Below, in pieces: positions 16,353 to 26,177 of a stretch of DNA of 39,098 bases; the stretch's first letter is position 1; every line of letters starts with the position of its first letter. The notes beneath the pieces are model-generated. The model ran no database searches. It saw nothing but the letters and a program-made list of their open reading frames with translations, and had not been told where the DNA came from. The translations under genes were made by a program, and so were the position numbers. This stretch comes from a virus (lineage: Duplodnaviria; Caudoviricetes), in the IMG/VR virus record IMGVR_UViG_3300008255_000236, positions 1 through 39,098 of that record; one strand, 5' to 3'.

Positions 16353-16633
16353 GCTCGCTGCGCCTGTTCCCCGTCCGTCAATACATCAGCAAGGTCTATA
16401 GCGGTTTCTGGCATGCATGTTGCAATTGCACTTCGCTGAATTAGCTGATGCGCCCCGTCGCGAGATAGGATAATGCTGTGCTGATCTACGGCACTCAATT
16501 TTCCTGTTAGCTTAACACCATTGGTTAGAAAGATGGTAACACCCCCGTGTACAGACATAAAAAACCTACTGCTTAATGGTAATGTTTCGTACGGCTGGGT
16601 TACTTTATGTGCTTTAATTTGTGATGGGTGCAT
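16349..16633 (-). CDS. hfq: Hfq-like RNA chaperone, divergent
   Basis: VTIFLTNGVKLTG...D...LSRDGAHQLIQRSAIATCMP aligns with Sm1/Sm2 of alphaproteobacterial Hfq (IFLVNGVKLQG...[20 protein letters not shown]); AAGGAG RBS. Confidence 0.88.
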   Translation of the reverse strand: MHPSQIKAHKVTQPYETLPLSSRFFMSVHGGVTIFLTNGVKLTGKLSAVDQHSIILSRDGAHQLIQRSAIATCMPETAIDLADVLTDGEQAQRA

Positions 16634-16667
16634 GACAAATACTCCTTTTATTGTTATTGTTTACACA

Positions 16668-16710
16668 AATAAACCAAACCTTTGCCCAATTGTCAAGAAT
16701 ATCGTATCAT
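16668..16710. promoter_or_regulatory. Overlapping divergent promoters (hfq leftward, late operon rightward)
   Basis: Minus strand: cTTGACA-17-TTTATT with TG extension. Plus strand: TTGCCC-17-TATCAT. Confidence 0.55.
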
Positions 16711-16738
16711 GGGCGATGAATAATTAAAGGTAAACCTT

Positions 16739-18850
16739 ATGGCACGACCACCCGTCTATGAAAAAATTGGGGCGTATGAAGATCATAGTACCGCCACGCC
16801 TAACACCCCTCATCTAGGTACAAATCTAGATGCTGATTTTCTCGCATTAAAGGCCACAACTGACGCTTTAATTGCAAATCAATCTAAAATTCAGAGTGCA
16901 AACGGGTCAATTAAATCGGGCGCTGTAGATCCAGATTCCCTTTCAACTGAGACCCGCGCCCTTATTGTTTCCGCTGACGGTTGGACACCGAAGGGTGGTT
17001 GGGCAGCGACCACAAGTTATCTAGTTGGGGATGTTGTCACCTATCTTGGTCGAGGGTATGTGTGCCATACAACGCACACGTCAGGTTCAAGTTTTGACAC
17101 AAGCAAATTTACAGCCCTTTCCAATGCGGGGTATGAAATTAACGTGCGGGATTATGGTGCAGTTGGGGATGGTGTAGCAGATGACACCACAGCTATTCAA
17201 AATGCCATTAACGACCTTGAATTGGGTGCGGTTCTCGTCATCCCTTATGGGACCTATTTAATTAGCAGTATGCTAACTACGTCAACGGGTTTTGCAGCTG
17301 TGAAAGGTAAAGGTAAGTTGCAAGCCAAAACTGGCTATACCGACCCTTACATGCTTGACATGACTAGAGAGGATGAGAGCGACTTTTTCCACTGGCCAAC
17401 AGATATAGAATCACTTTACTTAGACTGTAATTGGCTGACACGCGGTATTCGGGCATATAATTTTGACCATATTGACTGGCAGCGTGTCCGCATTGAAAAA
17501 CCTTACGGTCATGGCCTGTTTCTTGACCGATTTCGCGAATCCAATATTTTTGCCCCTATTCTCATAAACGGTAAGGCTAGAACCGCGTTCTCGCTTTCTG
17601 GCGTGAACGCATGGGATAGCGGTACATCTTACACAGTAGGCACTATAGTTGCGCGTAACCCAGATGATTATGACGCTGGCACTACTTACGGACAAGAAGA
17701 TTGTGTTTTATCTGGCGGACTTGCTTACATGAGCCTTGAAGACAGTAATACAGGAAACGCGCCTGCCTCAAATTTAGACAAATGGGCACAGGTTCCACTT
17801 GAGTATTACGAGTGCATGGTAAACAACTCCAACAAAGATCCCTGGGAGTACAACACTAACAATGCGACGCAAGCCAACCGCTTGTGGCAAAAAAAATACC
17901 GCGACGAAGCGCTTCTTGAGATTAACGACGACCAAGACCCTGTTATTCCTAGCGCTGCTAATGCTGACCGCACAAACCAACTTAATATTTTTGGCCCCGT
18001 TCTTCGGGATAGTGGAAATAAATGTTATTTGCGGATTGATAACAACCGTCAAAGCGGGTACGCGACGCACGTCAATATCTGGGGTGGCCACATTCACAAT
18101 GTTGGTGACGAGGTTATTCAATCCCCTGATATTACTGTGACCGACCTGTCTCGGATGATTGAGATTGGCCGCTGCCAAAACATCAACATTTACGGTTCAA
18201 ACATTAGAATTTGGGATTCTGACCACGGCATTGGCGTTATGATCGGGGATATGAGCACGCTAAAAACCGCGCAAAACACTCAGATTTGGAACTGCCCGAT
18301 TTCTGGAGATGGTGATTATCAGCGCGGTGTACTTGTTATGCCGTCAGCCACATCTGGCGGCGGTGACAGCATTCTCCGCTCAAAGATTACGCTTACAGGT
18401 TCGGATTGCACTGACATTTTTGACCCCGATCGTTATTTCCGCATGGAACTTATTAACGAGCTGCAAATTACTATGCACGAAGGGCTTGGAAGTGCCCCCA
18501 AGATGGTGGAAACCGTTTTTCCATCGACTTATTCAGATGTCCGCATGTTTCAAGCAACGATTTCGGGTGACGCTCAACCAGTGATGCGGATGCAATATTC
18601 TTCATCAATTCCACGTTTGCAAATGGGACCAGGTGGAAGTACATCGCCAGATGTTGAGTTAAAACGGGGAGCGTCAAACCGCTGGGACTTCGGAGAAAAT
18701 GATATTGTTAAATTGGGTGGTGCTTGGAATACTGGGCATTTACGCCTTGGGGATTACCATATTTGGGTAGATTCTACTGGTGATTTGCGTATTAAAGACG
18801 GTGCCCCTGCAAATGATACCGACGGCGCGGTTGTAGGTACACAAAGTTAG
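16739..18850 (+). CDS. Tailspike / receptor-binding depolymerase (beta-helix with CBM5/12-like modules)
   Basis: INVRDYGAVGDGVADDTTAIQNAI; W...TSY.VGDVV modules; C-terminal HIWVDSTGDLRIK. Confidence 0.85.
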   Translation: MARPPVYEKIGAYEDHSTATPNTPHLGTNLDADFLALKATTDALIANQSKIQSANGSIKSGAVDPDSLSTETRALIVSADGWTPKGGWAATTSYLVGDVVTYLGRGYVCHTTHTSGSSFDTSKFTALSNAGYEINVRDYGAVGDGVADDTTAIQNAINDLELGAVLVIPYGTYLISSMLTTSTGFAAVKGKGKLQAKTGYTDPYMLDMTREDESDFFHWPTDIESLYLDCNWLTRGIRAYNFDHIDWQRVRIEKPYGHGLFLDRFRESNIFAPILINGKARTAFSLSGVNAWDSGTSYTVGTIVARNPDDYDAGTTYGQEDCVLSGGLAYMSLEDSNTGNAPASNLDKWAQVPLEYYECMVNNSNKDPWEYNTNNATQANRLWQKKYRDEALLEINDDQDPVIPSAANADRTNQLNIFGPVLRDSGNKCYLRIDNNRQSGYATHVNIWGGHIHNVGDEVIQSPDITVTDLSRMIEIGRCQNINIYGSNIRIWDSDHGIGVMIGDMSTLKTAQNTQIWNCPISGDGDYQRGVLVMPSATSGGGDSILRSKITLTGSDCTDIFDPDRYFRMELINELQITMHEGLGSAPKMVETVFPSTYSDVRMFQATISGDAQPVMRMQYSSSIPRLQMGPGGSTSPDVELKRGASNRWDFGENDIVKLGGAWNTGHLRLGDYHIWVDSTGDLRIKDGAPANDTDGAVVGTQS

Positions 18851-18852
18851 TA

Positions 18853-20424
18853 ATGGCACAACAGAGTAAACTTGATCAAGAAATTGCGTTACGCGAACAG
18901 CAGTTAAAGGCCGTTCTGCGGCATAAGGCTGTTGGCGAAGCAAAAAGCAACCTGATTGAGTTTTCTAAGCTGACAATGCCTCACCCAGACGCCATGGATG
19001 ATGTGCGCAAAAGTAGGTATCACCCTGCAGCCCACCACCGCATGATTTCTAATAATCTCAAGTTGCTGATGGAGCGGAAAATTGAGCGTCTTATTGTCAA
19101 CATGCCACCGCGTCATGGTAAATCAGAATTGACCAGCCGCCGTTTTTTGGCTTGGTATATTGGAAACAACCCCTCGCACGAAATTATTTTTATCACTTAT
19201 AACCAAGAATTTGCAGATGATTTTGGTGGTAAGGTGCGCGAAATCCTGCGTAGCGAAGAATTCAAACAAGTGTTTTCCGATGTTGAATTGAGCGAGGCTT
19301 CGCAGAGCAAGTCTCGACTTGAAATTAAAAAACATGGCGGCTCGCTGTCGTTTGTCGGTATTGGTGGTGCGGTTACAGGTCGTGGCGCCGATCTACTTGT
19401 TATTGATGACCCGATTAAAGGTAAAGAAGATGCTCAGTCTGAAACGCTGCGAAACAAAGTTTGGGATTTTTACACGACTGTTGCGACCACCCGTCTCAGT
19501 AACATTGGTGTCCAGTGTATTATCTTAACAAGATGGCATGACGATGACATTATTGGCCGAATTGATAACCCTGACTACATGAACCCTAAAGAATCGGATC
19601 AATTTAAGAGACTTGTTTTACCGGCTATTAAGGATAACGGTGAATATCTATGGCCTGAACGGTTTTCACCGCAATGGTATGAGGCAAAACGCAACACACT
19701 ACTCCCCTCAGACTTTTCGGCGCTTTATCAGCAAAACCCAACGCCTGCAGATGGACTGCTAATTAAATCAGAAGACCTGATGGAGTATAGTATTGCCGAT
19801 TTGGCCGAAATCGAGAAAGGTTGTCAATGGTACGGGTTTTCTGACCACGCTGTCTCGCTAAAGCAAGAACGTGACTGCACTGCCATGGGTTTGCTGGGCA
19901 TTGATAAAAATAACAACGTATTTATTCATCCTCACGTCTTTTGGCAACGCGCATCAACTGATGTGGTGGTAGAAAAAATGATTGATATGATGGAGATGCG
20001 CCGACCTGTGGTGTGGGGTGCAGAAAAAGGCCACATCAGCCAGTCTTTTGGGCCGTTTTTGCGTAAACGCATGCAGGAACGCGGTGTGTTTGTGGCTATA
20101 CACGAGTTGACGCCAGTCAAAGATAAGGTGCAGCGCGCCCAATCTTTGATTGGTTTAATTGCAATGCGGAAAGTGTATTTTCCGCGTTTTGCGCCTTGGT
20201 ACCCAGACGCACGAACTCAACTTTTGCAATTTCCGAACGGAAAGCATGATGATTTTGTTGATATGGTTTCATGGGGGGGTATTTATTTACAAAGCATGTT
20301 TGGCCGTCGAGAAAAAGGAAACTCGCTAGAGATGGTAAAAACTGGTACTCTAGGCTGGGTTAAGGCTGCAGCAGCGCGAGACAAGCGAGAGATGGCTATG
20401 AAACAACAAACCAAGGGTTGGTAA
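18853..20424 (+). CDS. terL: Terminase large subunit
   Basis: Walker A MPPRHGKS; Walker B LLVIDDP; TRWH; FPNGKHDDFVD nuclease motif. Confidence 0.95.
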   Translation: MAQQSKLDQEIALREQQLKAVLRHKAVGEAKSNLIEFSKLTMPHPDAMDDVRKSRYHPAAHHRMISNNLKLLMERKIERLIVNMPPRHGKSELTSRRFLAWYIGNNPSHEIIFITYNQEFADDFGGKVREILRSEEFKQVFSDVELSEASQSKSRLEIKKHGGSLSFVGIGGAVTGRGADLLVIDDPIKGKEDAQSETLRNKVWDFYTTVATTRLSNIGVQCIILTRWHDDDIIGRIDNPDYMNPKESDQFKRLVLPAIKDNGEYLWPERFSPQWYEAKRNTLLPSDFSALYQQNPTPADGLLIKSEDLMEYSIADLAEIEKGCQWYGFSDHAVSLKQERDCTAMGLLGIDKNNNVFIHPHVFWQRASTDVVVEKMIDMMEMRRPVVWGAEKGHISQSFGPFLRKRMQERGVFVAIHELTPVKDKVQRAQSLIGLIAMRKVYFPRFAPWYPDARTQLLQFPNGKHDDFVDMVSWGGIYLQSMFGRREKGNSLEMVKTGTLGWVKAAAARDKREMAMKQQTKGW

Positions 20425-20425
20425 G

Positions 20426-22555
20426 ATGGAAGTCGAAATCAATTTACAGAATCTTGTAGGCGACATTGTTGCTAATCCACGCATGAACAAAGCGACGGAT
20501 ACTGTAGCGTCCAGCCCAGAAACCGCTTTAGTTAAACAATGGGTTGATAAAGTCACATTGTCTAAGGGTCATTTTGAGAAAGACCGTAAAGAAATGTTGG
20601 ATTCTCAAGAGTTTGTTACCAATCAAGAAAAAGAATTTGGTACTACTGATCACTATACGACAAACATTGTTCTCTCTCACATCAAATCACGGGTAAGTAA
20701 GTTATACGCTAAAAATCCAAAGGTTATTTACCAGCGCCGCCCGCGGCTAGAAAGTGCGCAGTGGGACGGTAGTGCGGACGAACTTATGACCATGATGCAA
20801 ACCTATAATATGGAACTGCAGACGATGGGGATGGCAAACCCACAAACAATGGCCGACATTAACGAAATTCGCAGTATTATGAACCGGCGTAAGCTGATGG
20901 ACCGCCTTGGTCGAACGCTTGAGTTGGTTTGCCAGTATCAGATGGACGAACAGCCGTTTTCATTCAAGCAAAACCTGAAAGACATGATTCGCCGCGCACT
21001 GACCAGTAAAGTGGGTTATGTGAAGATATCCTATCACCGGCAACTTGAGAAATCGCCAGAAACCATTACACAAATTAACGATGTAACTGAACGATTGGCA
21101 TTTTTGGAAAAACTTGTTGCGGCTAATCGTGATGGCGATGTTACGGCGTATGAGGCTGAAATGGAAGAAATGCGCCTTGCGTTTGATAATTTAATGACCG
21201 AAGGCCAAATTATTCGAGACGGTGTGCTATATTCTTTCCCAAGGTCCCGCGCCATTATCGTGGATCCACGCTGCAAAAACCTAAAAACATGGGAAGGCGC
21301 TCGCTGGGTAGCCGAGGAATATAAATTTACGTCTGACGAGGTGAAAGAAGTTTTCAATGTTGAACTTTCTGAAGGTAACTATACGCAATTTCTTCCGTCT
21401 CATAATGATGAAGATGGTAGCGGCGGTTCTACGCTAACACCGCTTATGGGCGGTAAAAAAGAAGACGACCTCGTATGTGTCTACGAGGTGTGGGACCGTA
21501 AAACTGGCACAGTTTTTCATGTGGCTGATGGGTATGACCGCTACCTTAAACCACCTATGGCACCTGCATTGCAAATGGAGCGGTTTTTCCCATATTTTGC
21601 TTATACAACCAACGATGAGGAAAACGAGAAAACACCATACTGCAAATCAGATGTTGAGTTGCTAAAACCAATGCAAATGGAAATCAATCGTGCCCGCGAG
21701 CAATATCGTCAGCACCGTAAGGCCAATATGCCTCAATATGCCACATCAGAAAACGCGATGGAGCAGGAGGACATGGACAAACTTAAGGAAGGTTTGCCAA
21801 ACGAGGTTCTTAAACTGCGCGGATTGCAGCCTGGCCGTCCAACTACTGACGTATTGCAACAAATCCAAAAAGCGGGGATTGACCCAGCTGTTTATGACGT
21901 GAATTTTGCCCTTGAGGATATTCAGCGGGTAGTTGGAACTAGTGAAGAATCATACGGCCGCGCCAGCAAAGGTACGGCAACGTCCGCTGCCATTGCAGAG
22001 GGCAGCCGCGTATCAACACTTGAAAGCAATATTGACGACCTAGACGAGATGCTGACTGACCTATTCAAGGCAACTGGCCAAGTATGCCTAATGAATATGA
22101 GCGAGCAAGAGGTAATTCGTATTGTTGGGCAAGGCGCCGTATGGCCAGAACTGAGTCGACAAGAAGTTGCAAATGAAATTTATCTGAAACCGGTTGCTGG
22201 TAGCAGCGGGCGGCCCAATAAAGAGCAAAACCTTGCAAACTGGGAACGCATGCTTTCTTTCTTGTTACAAATTCCAGGTATCAACATGACCAAAATTGCA
22301 GAAGAATTGCTTAAAAACCTTGATCCAAACATTGAGTTGTCTGACTACATTGACCCGTCAATTATGTCTGTGGTTGCTCAGAACGCATTAGCAGGTGCTG
22401 GTGCTAAGGGCGGAGGAGATGCTGCCATGCCACAAGAGGGCGCACCAGGGGAATTACCTACCAATAACGATCGGGCAGCACTGACTGATCAATCTGGGTT
22501 TGAAGGTGGCTCGCAAGCAATGATGCCTGCTCCGACCGATACTGTGTTGCAGTAA
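20426..22555 (+). CDS. Portal protein
   Basis: 709 aa, helical, directly after TerL; TATSAAI motif typical of P22-like portals. Confidence 0.85.
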   Translation: MEVEINLQNLVGDIVANPRMNKATDTVASSPETALVKQWVDKVTLSKGHFEKDRKEMLDSQEFVTNQEKEFGTTDHYTTNIVLSHIKSRVSKLYAKNPKVIYQRRPRLESAQWDGSADELMTMMQTYNMELQTMGMANPQTMADINEIRSIMNRRKLMDRLGRTLELVCQYQMDEQPFSFKQNLKDMIRRALTSKVGYVKISYHRQLEKSPETITQINDVTERLAFLEKLVAANRDGDVTAYEAEMEEMRLAFDNLMTEGQIIRDGVLYSFPRSRAIIVDPRCKNLKTWEGARWVAEEYKFTSDEVKEVFNVELSEGNYTQFLPSHNDEDGSGGSTLTPLMGGKKEDDLVCVYEVWDRKTGTVFHVADGYDRYLKPPMAPALQMERFFPYFAYTTNDEENEKTPYCKSDVELLKPMQMEINRAREQYRQHRKANMPQYATSENAMEQEDMDKLKEGLPNEVLKLRGLQPGRPTTDVLQQIQKAGIDPAVYDVNFALEDIQRVVGTSEESYGRASKGTATSAAIAEGSRVSTLESNIDDLDEMLTDLFKATGQVCLMNMSEQEVIRIVGQGAVWPELSRQEVANEIYLKPVAGSSGRPNKEQNLANWERMLSFLLQIPGINMTKIAEELLKNLDPNIELSDYIDPSIMSVVAQNALAGAGAKGGGDAAMPQEGAPGELPTNNDRAALTDQSGFEGGSQAMMPAPTDTVLQ

Positions 22556-22575
22556 CCCCGTATTTAGACTATTAT
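22547..22575 (+). promoter_or_regulatory. Internal promoter for scaffold and capsid
   Basis: TTGCAG-17-TATTAT. Confidence 0.55.
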
Positions 22576-22607
22576 GGATATGAAGGAAAAAACGTAGGAG
22601 GCGTAAA

Positions 22608-23717
22608 ATGCCGTATGAGCAAAAAGAGGGTGAATCGCCAAACTCTCAAAACACCGAAGAAGGCGTGGATACACAGGACGTTAATGAGGGTGCAGCACCG
22701 TCCGATGCACCAAAAACGCAATCTGCGGACACTGATGACGTAAGTGGTGAAACTTCCGTTGCAGACGCCATGTTGGCGCAACTGCAAGAGGATGGATTAA
22801 CCGAGGATTCGTCAACCTCAGAAGAAGGGGCTGAAAAAGGTGAGGATAAAACCTCCGATCTTCCCCCTGAGCAAGGCAAAGCCGAAGCGCACAAGAAAGA
22901 TGACGGCGCCAAGGAAGGTGAAGACGCAGACGAAGGTGACGAAGATGAAACCCCGCCACCATTTGCAGAACACCCCGCATGGAAACGTCAGCTTGCAAAG
23001 CGTAAGGAAGCCGAAGAACGCTATCAAAAGGCTGAGCAAGAATTGAAGCCTGCGGCGGAACAGTGGACGCAATTGCAACAGAAGTTTGCTTCTGACGGCA
23101 TGACTGGGGCACAAGTGGCAGAGGCACTCGATGTCGCAGCCATGATTAACAAAAACCCAAGTGCGGCCCTTCCAGCATTACGCAACATTCTTGCACAAGT
23201 AGAGAATATGGTTGGCGAGCGCTTACCACCCGAATTGCAAAAAGCAGTAGAGGCTGGTGAGATTACTAAGGATCACGCCTTAAACCAATCTCGTTTGATT
23301 GCATCTCAACGGCGAACAGCGCAGACACTGGAACAGCGGCAGCAACAGGAAATTCAAAACCGCCAAACCCAGATGATGCACTCCGCGGCTTCTGCAGTTA
23401 CTCAGTGGGAAGATCGGCAGGCAAGTTCTGACCCAGATTGGTCTAAAAAGCAACCAGGAGTTCAAACGGCCATACAGGCTGGGCTAAGTTCCTACATTGC
23501 TAAAATGCATGCTGGTGAGGTACCACAATTAACACCTGAAAAGGCTGTTGAGATTGCTACCAAAGCCAAGCAAGATGTTGATAATTGGTTTAAGAATGCG
23601 CTACCACCGAAAACTGAGGTAAAACCAGTTCAAGGCACAGGTGCGGGTGATACAACATCCAAACCAAGAATTAACGATACATTTAGTGCAATGATGGCCG
23701 CCGCCCAAGCTAATTAG
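22608..23717 (+). CDS. Capsid scaffolding protein
   Basis: Acidic disordered N-terminus, PFAEHPAW, coiled coil; lies between portal and capsid. Confidence 0.75.
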   Translation: MPYEQKEGESPNSQNTEEGVDTQDVNEGAAPSDAPKTQSADTDDVSGETSVADAMLAQLQEDGLTEDSSTSEEGAEKGEDKTSDLPPEQGKAEAHKKDDGAKEGEDADEGDEDETPPPFAEHPAWKRQLAKRKEAEERYQKAEQELKPAAEQWTQLQQKFASDGMTGAQVAEALDVAAMINKNPSAALPALRNILAQVENMVGERLPPELQKAVEAGEITKDHALNQSRLIASQRRTAQTLEQRQQQEIQNRQTQMMHSAASAVTQWEDRQASSDPDWSKKQPGVQTAIQAGLSSYIAKMHAGEVPQLTPEKAVEIATKAKQDVDNWFKNALPPKTEVKPVQGTGAGDTTSKPRINDTFSAMMAAAQAN

Positions 23718-23753
23718 CCAGTGACCTCCCAGTAAAAAACTAAGGAGAACGCT

Positions 23754-24785
23754 ATGCCCTTATCAGTAGCACAAGTGCAATCCATGACGAATGGTGCGTT
23801 GAAAAACTTTGTGCGCGGTAAAATGACCGTGCAGGATGTTCAAGACAAGCCGTTTCTTCGTGAGTTGTACAAACGTAAGAAGACTTTTACAGGTGGTAAA
23901 GGTCTTGAAATCAGTGAAGGTGTCCGTGGTAATGAACGTCAAGGATTCCAAGGCTATTCATACGACGACACTGTAACTTTCACCAACCCAGCGTCGCTAA
24001 AGCGTGCAAATTTCTTTGCGCGTGAGCACCACGTCGGTCTGAACATCACATACACCGAGTTGAAAGAAGACGGTATTATCGTCAACGACAACAAGATGAA
24101 TAAGATCGAAGCCGCCGAAGTGCATCGCTTGGCCAACATCACAGATGAAAAAATGGACGAAATGAAGGAGACTTTCGAAGATGGTCTTACTCGCGCCCTA
24201 TGGTCTGATGGTACTATCAATCCTAAAGAAGTTGCAGGTGTCCGCTCATTTATCGTGGATGACCCAACCACAGCGACCACTGTCGCCGGTATTGACCAGA
24301 GTGCCAATAGCTGGTGGCAGAACCGTGCAGCCCTGAACATTGATTCAACTGTAGCTAATGCGTCAAGTAACAACTTGATTCGTCGGATGCAGAAAGAATG
24401 GCGTCAGGCTTGCCGTTACGGAAGCAAACCAACTCACATTTTTGCAGGTGCCGATTTTATCGAAGCCTATGAAACTGAGTTGCGAGCCAAAGGTAACTAC
24501 AGCGAAAGTGGTTTTACCGGTAAGCTAGACGGTGGTGTCGGCGAACTTGCCTTCAAAGGTATGCCAGTTATTTATGACCCATACCTTGATACCCTTGGTC
24601 GCGCTAAATACGCTTACATGCTCGACCTAAACCGCATCCGTATGCGTCCACTGCAAGGTGACTTCATGCAGGAACACACCCCTGCACGTCCAGAAGACAA
24701 GTTTGTTTTCTATAAGTCACTGACCGCGACTGTTGCGCTAACCTGTAAGCAACGTAACTCAAGCGTAGTCTTTTCTATCGCTTAA
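23754..24785 (+). CDS. Major capsid protein
   Basis: 343 aa; TAAGGAG RBS; high-expression codon usage; ALWSDG, VAGID...WWQN, FKGMPVIYDP patterns. Confidence 0.85.
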   Translation: MPLSVAQVQSMTNGALKNFVRGKMTVQDVQDKPFLRELYKRKKTFTGGKGLEISEGVRGNERQGFQGYSYDDTVTFTNPASLKRANFFAREHHVGLNITYTELKEDGIIVNDNKMNKIEAAEVHRLANITDEKMDEMKETFEDGLTRALWSDGTINPKEVAGVRSFIVDDPTTATTVAGIDQSANSWWQNRAALNIDSTVANASSNNLIRRMQKEWRQACRYGSKPTHIFAGADFIEAYETELRAKGNYSESGFTGKLDGGVGELAFKGMPVIYDPYLDTLGRAKYAYMLDLNRIRMRPLQGDFMQEHTPARPEDKFVFYKSLTATVALTCKQRNSSVVFSIA

Positions 24786-24806
24786 AGTTAAAATCTGTTA
24801 GGATAT

Positions 24807-24829
24807 GGGGTGTGCAACTTGTGCACCCC
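24807..24829 (+). other. Hairpin after the capsid gene (mRNA stabiliser or weak terminator)
   Basis: GGGGTGTGCA-act-TGTGCACCCC; no U tract. Confidence 0.5.
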
Positions 24830-24865
24830 GCCTAATAGGTACCAAACGAAAAGGAGAAACCCAAA

Positions 24866-25420
24866 ATGAGCCAAAACACAATGCAAGTTGTAGGACGAAT
24901 TACCGTGCGCCAACTCGGCGATCCACGCTGCGAGGTTGTACTATATAATATTTCAGTGCCTGAGATAGCTGTACTACAATCTATCCACGGCCAAGAAGCA
25001 ATCGTACGTCCTGAAAAAGGTATTACAAATTCAGAATTTAACCGTCGTAGCGTAGTAGAATACCTGCGCAAAAAATACGACACTCAGGAGCGTAAATTTG
25101 TACGTGAGATGATTGATATGTACGCAAATCTTATTCCTCAAACCTTATCCGACCTCTACGGCCCCCTTGGTGAAAAGGGTGAGTTTTCGACAGAGCCAGA
25201 TGAATATGACCCAATCACAGAAAAAAAAGATGGTGATCGTGACCCTGCGGAGGCTGAGGTAGTTGCTGACGATGACGAAATCGAAGATGACCAAAACTTT
25301 GATGCAGAAATTAAGTGGAACATTAAAACCAAGGCAAGCGTTGTACAAAACGGCGAAGTTTTGGTGGATGGACTACCTTCAAAGAAAGCCGCTCAAGAGT
25401 GGATTGACGAAAACCTGTAA
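24866..25420 (+). CDS. Hypothetical head-region protein
   Basis: AAGGAG RBS; position after the capsid gene. Confidence 0.75.
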   Translation: MSQNTMQVVGRITVRQLGDPRCEVVLYNISVPEIAVLQSIHGQEAIVRPEKGITNSEFNRRSVVEYLRKKYDTQERKFVREMIDMYANLIPQTLSDLYGPLGEKGEFSTEPDEYDPITEKKDGDRDPAEAEVVADDDEIEDDQNFDAEIKWNIKTKASVVQNGEVLVDGLPSKKAAQEWIDENL

Positions 25421-25436
25421 GTAAAGGAAATGGCTA

Positions 25437-26174
25437 ATGGCGCGCAATACTACGCTACAAAACCTTGTGCAAAAGGTTCGTTATGAGGCGCGCCAGTCTG
25501 CTAAAACATCGGTCAATGTTGACCAAGAAAACGCTGTAAAGGAAATCATCCGCAGCACGCAAGAATGGCTTTATTACGAATTTGAGTGGCCACAATTTAG
25601 AACTTACCAAGATGTTGAATTGGAGGCTGGTAAGAGAATTTATGACTTCCCGCTAAAAACCGACCCTGACCGCATTATTGCGGTATTCTATAAGTATAAC
25701 GGAGATTGGTACGAGCTACATCAGGGTATTCAGCCAGAGCATTACAATGCGCACGATTCAGAGGCCGATGAGCGGCAGGAGCGCGTACATTATTGGGATT
25801 GGTATAACTCCGGGTCAGCAATAAACCCTCAGTTTGAGGTCTGGCCAAAACCAATCACAAACGCCACGCCAAACCACAGCAATATTGTTCGGTTTGAAAG
25901 CCCCATTAAGTTACCCCAACTTGTTGAGGAAAGTGATCGAGCGCTGCTTGATGACCGCCTTATTGCGCTTTACGCTGCAGCCGAGTTAATGGAGTACATG
26001 AAAATTCCAGGCGCAGATACTAAGCGCGTGAAAGCAGACCAGTTTTTTGCGGCTGTCCGTTCTCGTATTTCCAACCCGCGAGATCCAGTTATTTTGGGTG
26101 AGGTTCAAAACAGACGGTTGCGCAGTACGCCAGTTCGTGCGCCTCGGACTTATAACCCAAATTCAACGGTGTAA
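25437..26174 (+). CDS. Head-tail adaptor (tail tubular A / P22 gp4-like)
   Basis: TLQNLVQKVR N-terminus, EWP, EVWPKP; synteny. Confidence 0.65.
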   Translation: MARNTTLQNLVQKVRYEARQSAKTSVNVDQENAVKEIIRSTQEWLYYEFEWPQFRTYQDVELEAGKRIYDFPLKTDPDRIIAVFYKYNGDWYELHQGIQPEHYNAHDSEADERQERVHYWDWYNSGSAINPQFEVWPKPITNATPNHSNIVRFESPIKLPQLVEESDRALLDDRLIALYAAAELMEYMKIPGADTKRVKADQFFAAVRSRISNPRDPVILGEVQNRRLRSTPVRAPRTYNPNSTV

Positions 26175-26177
26175 TTT

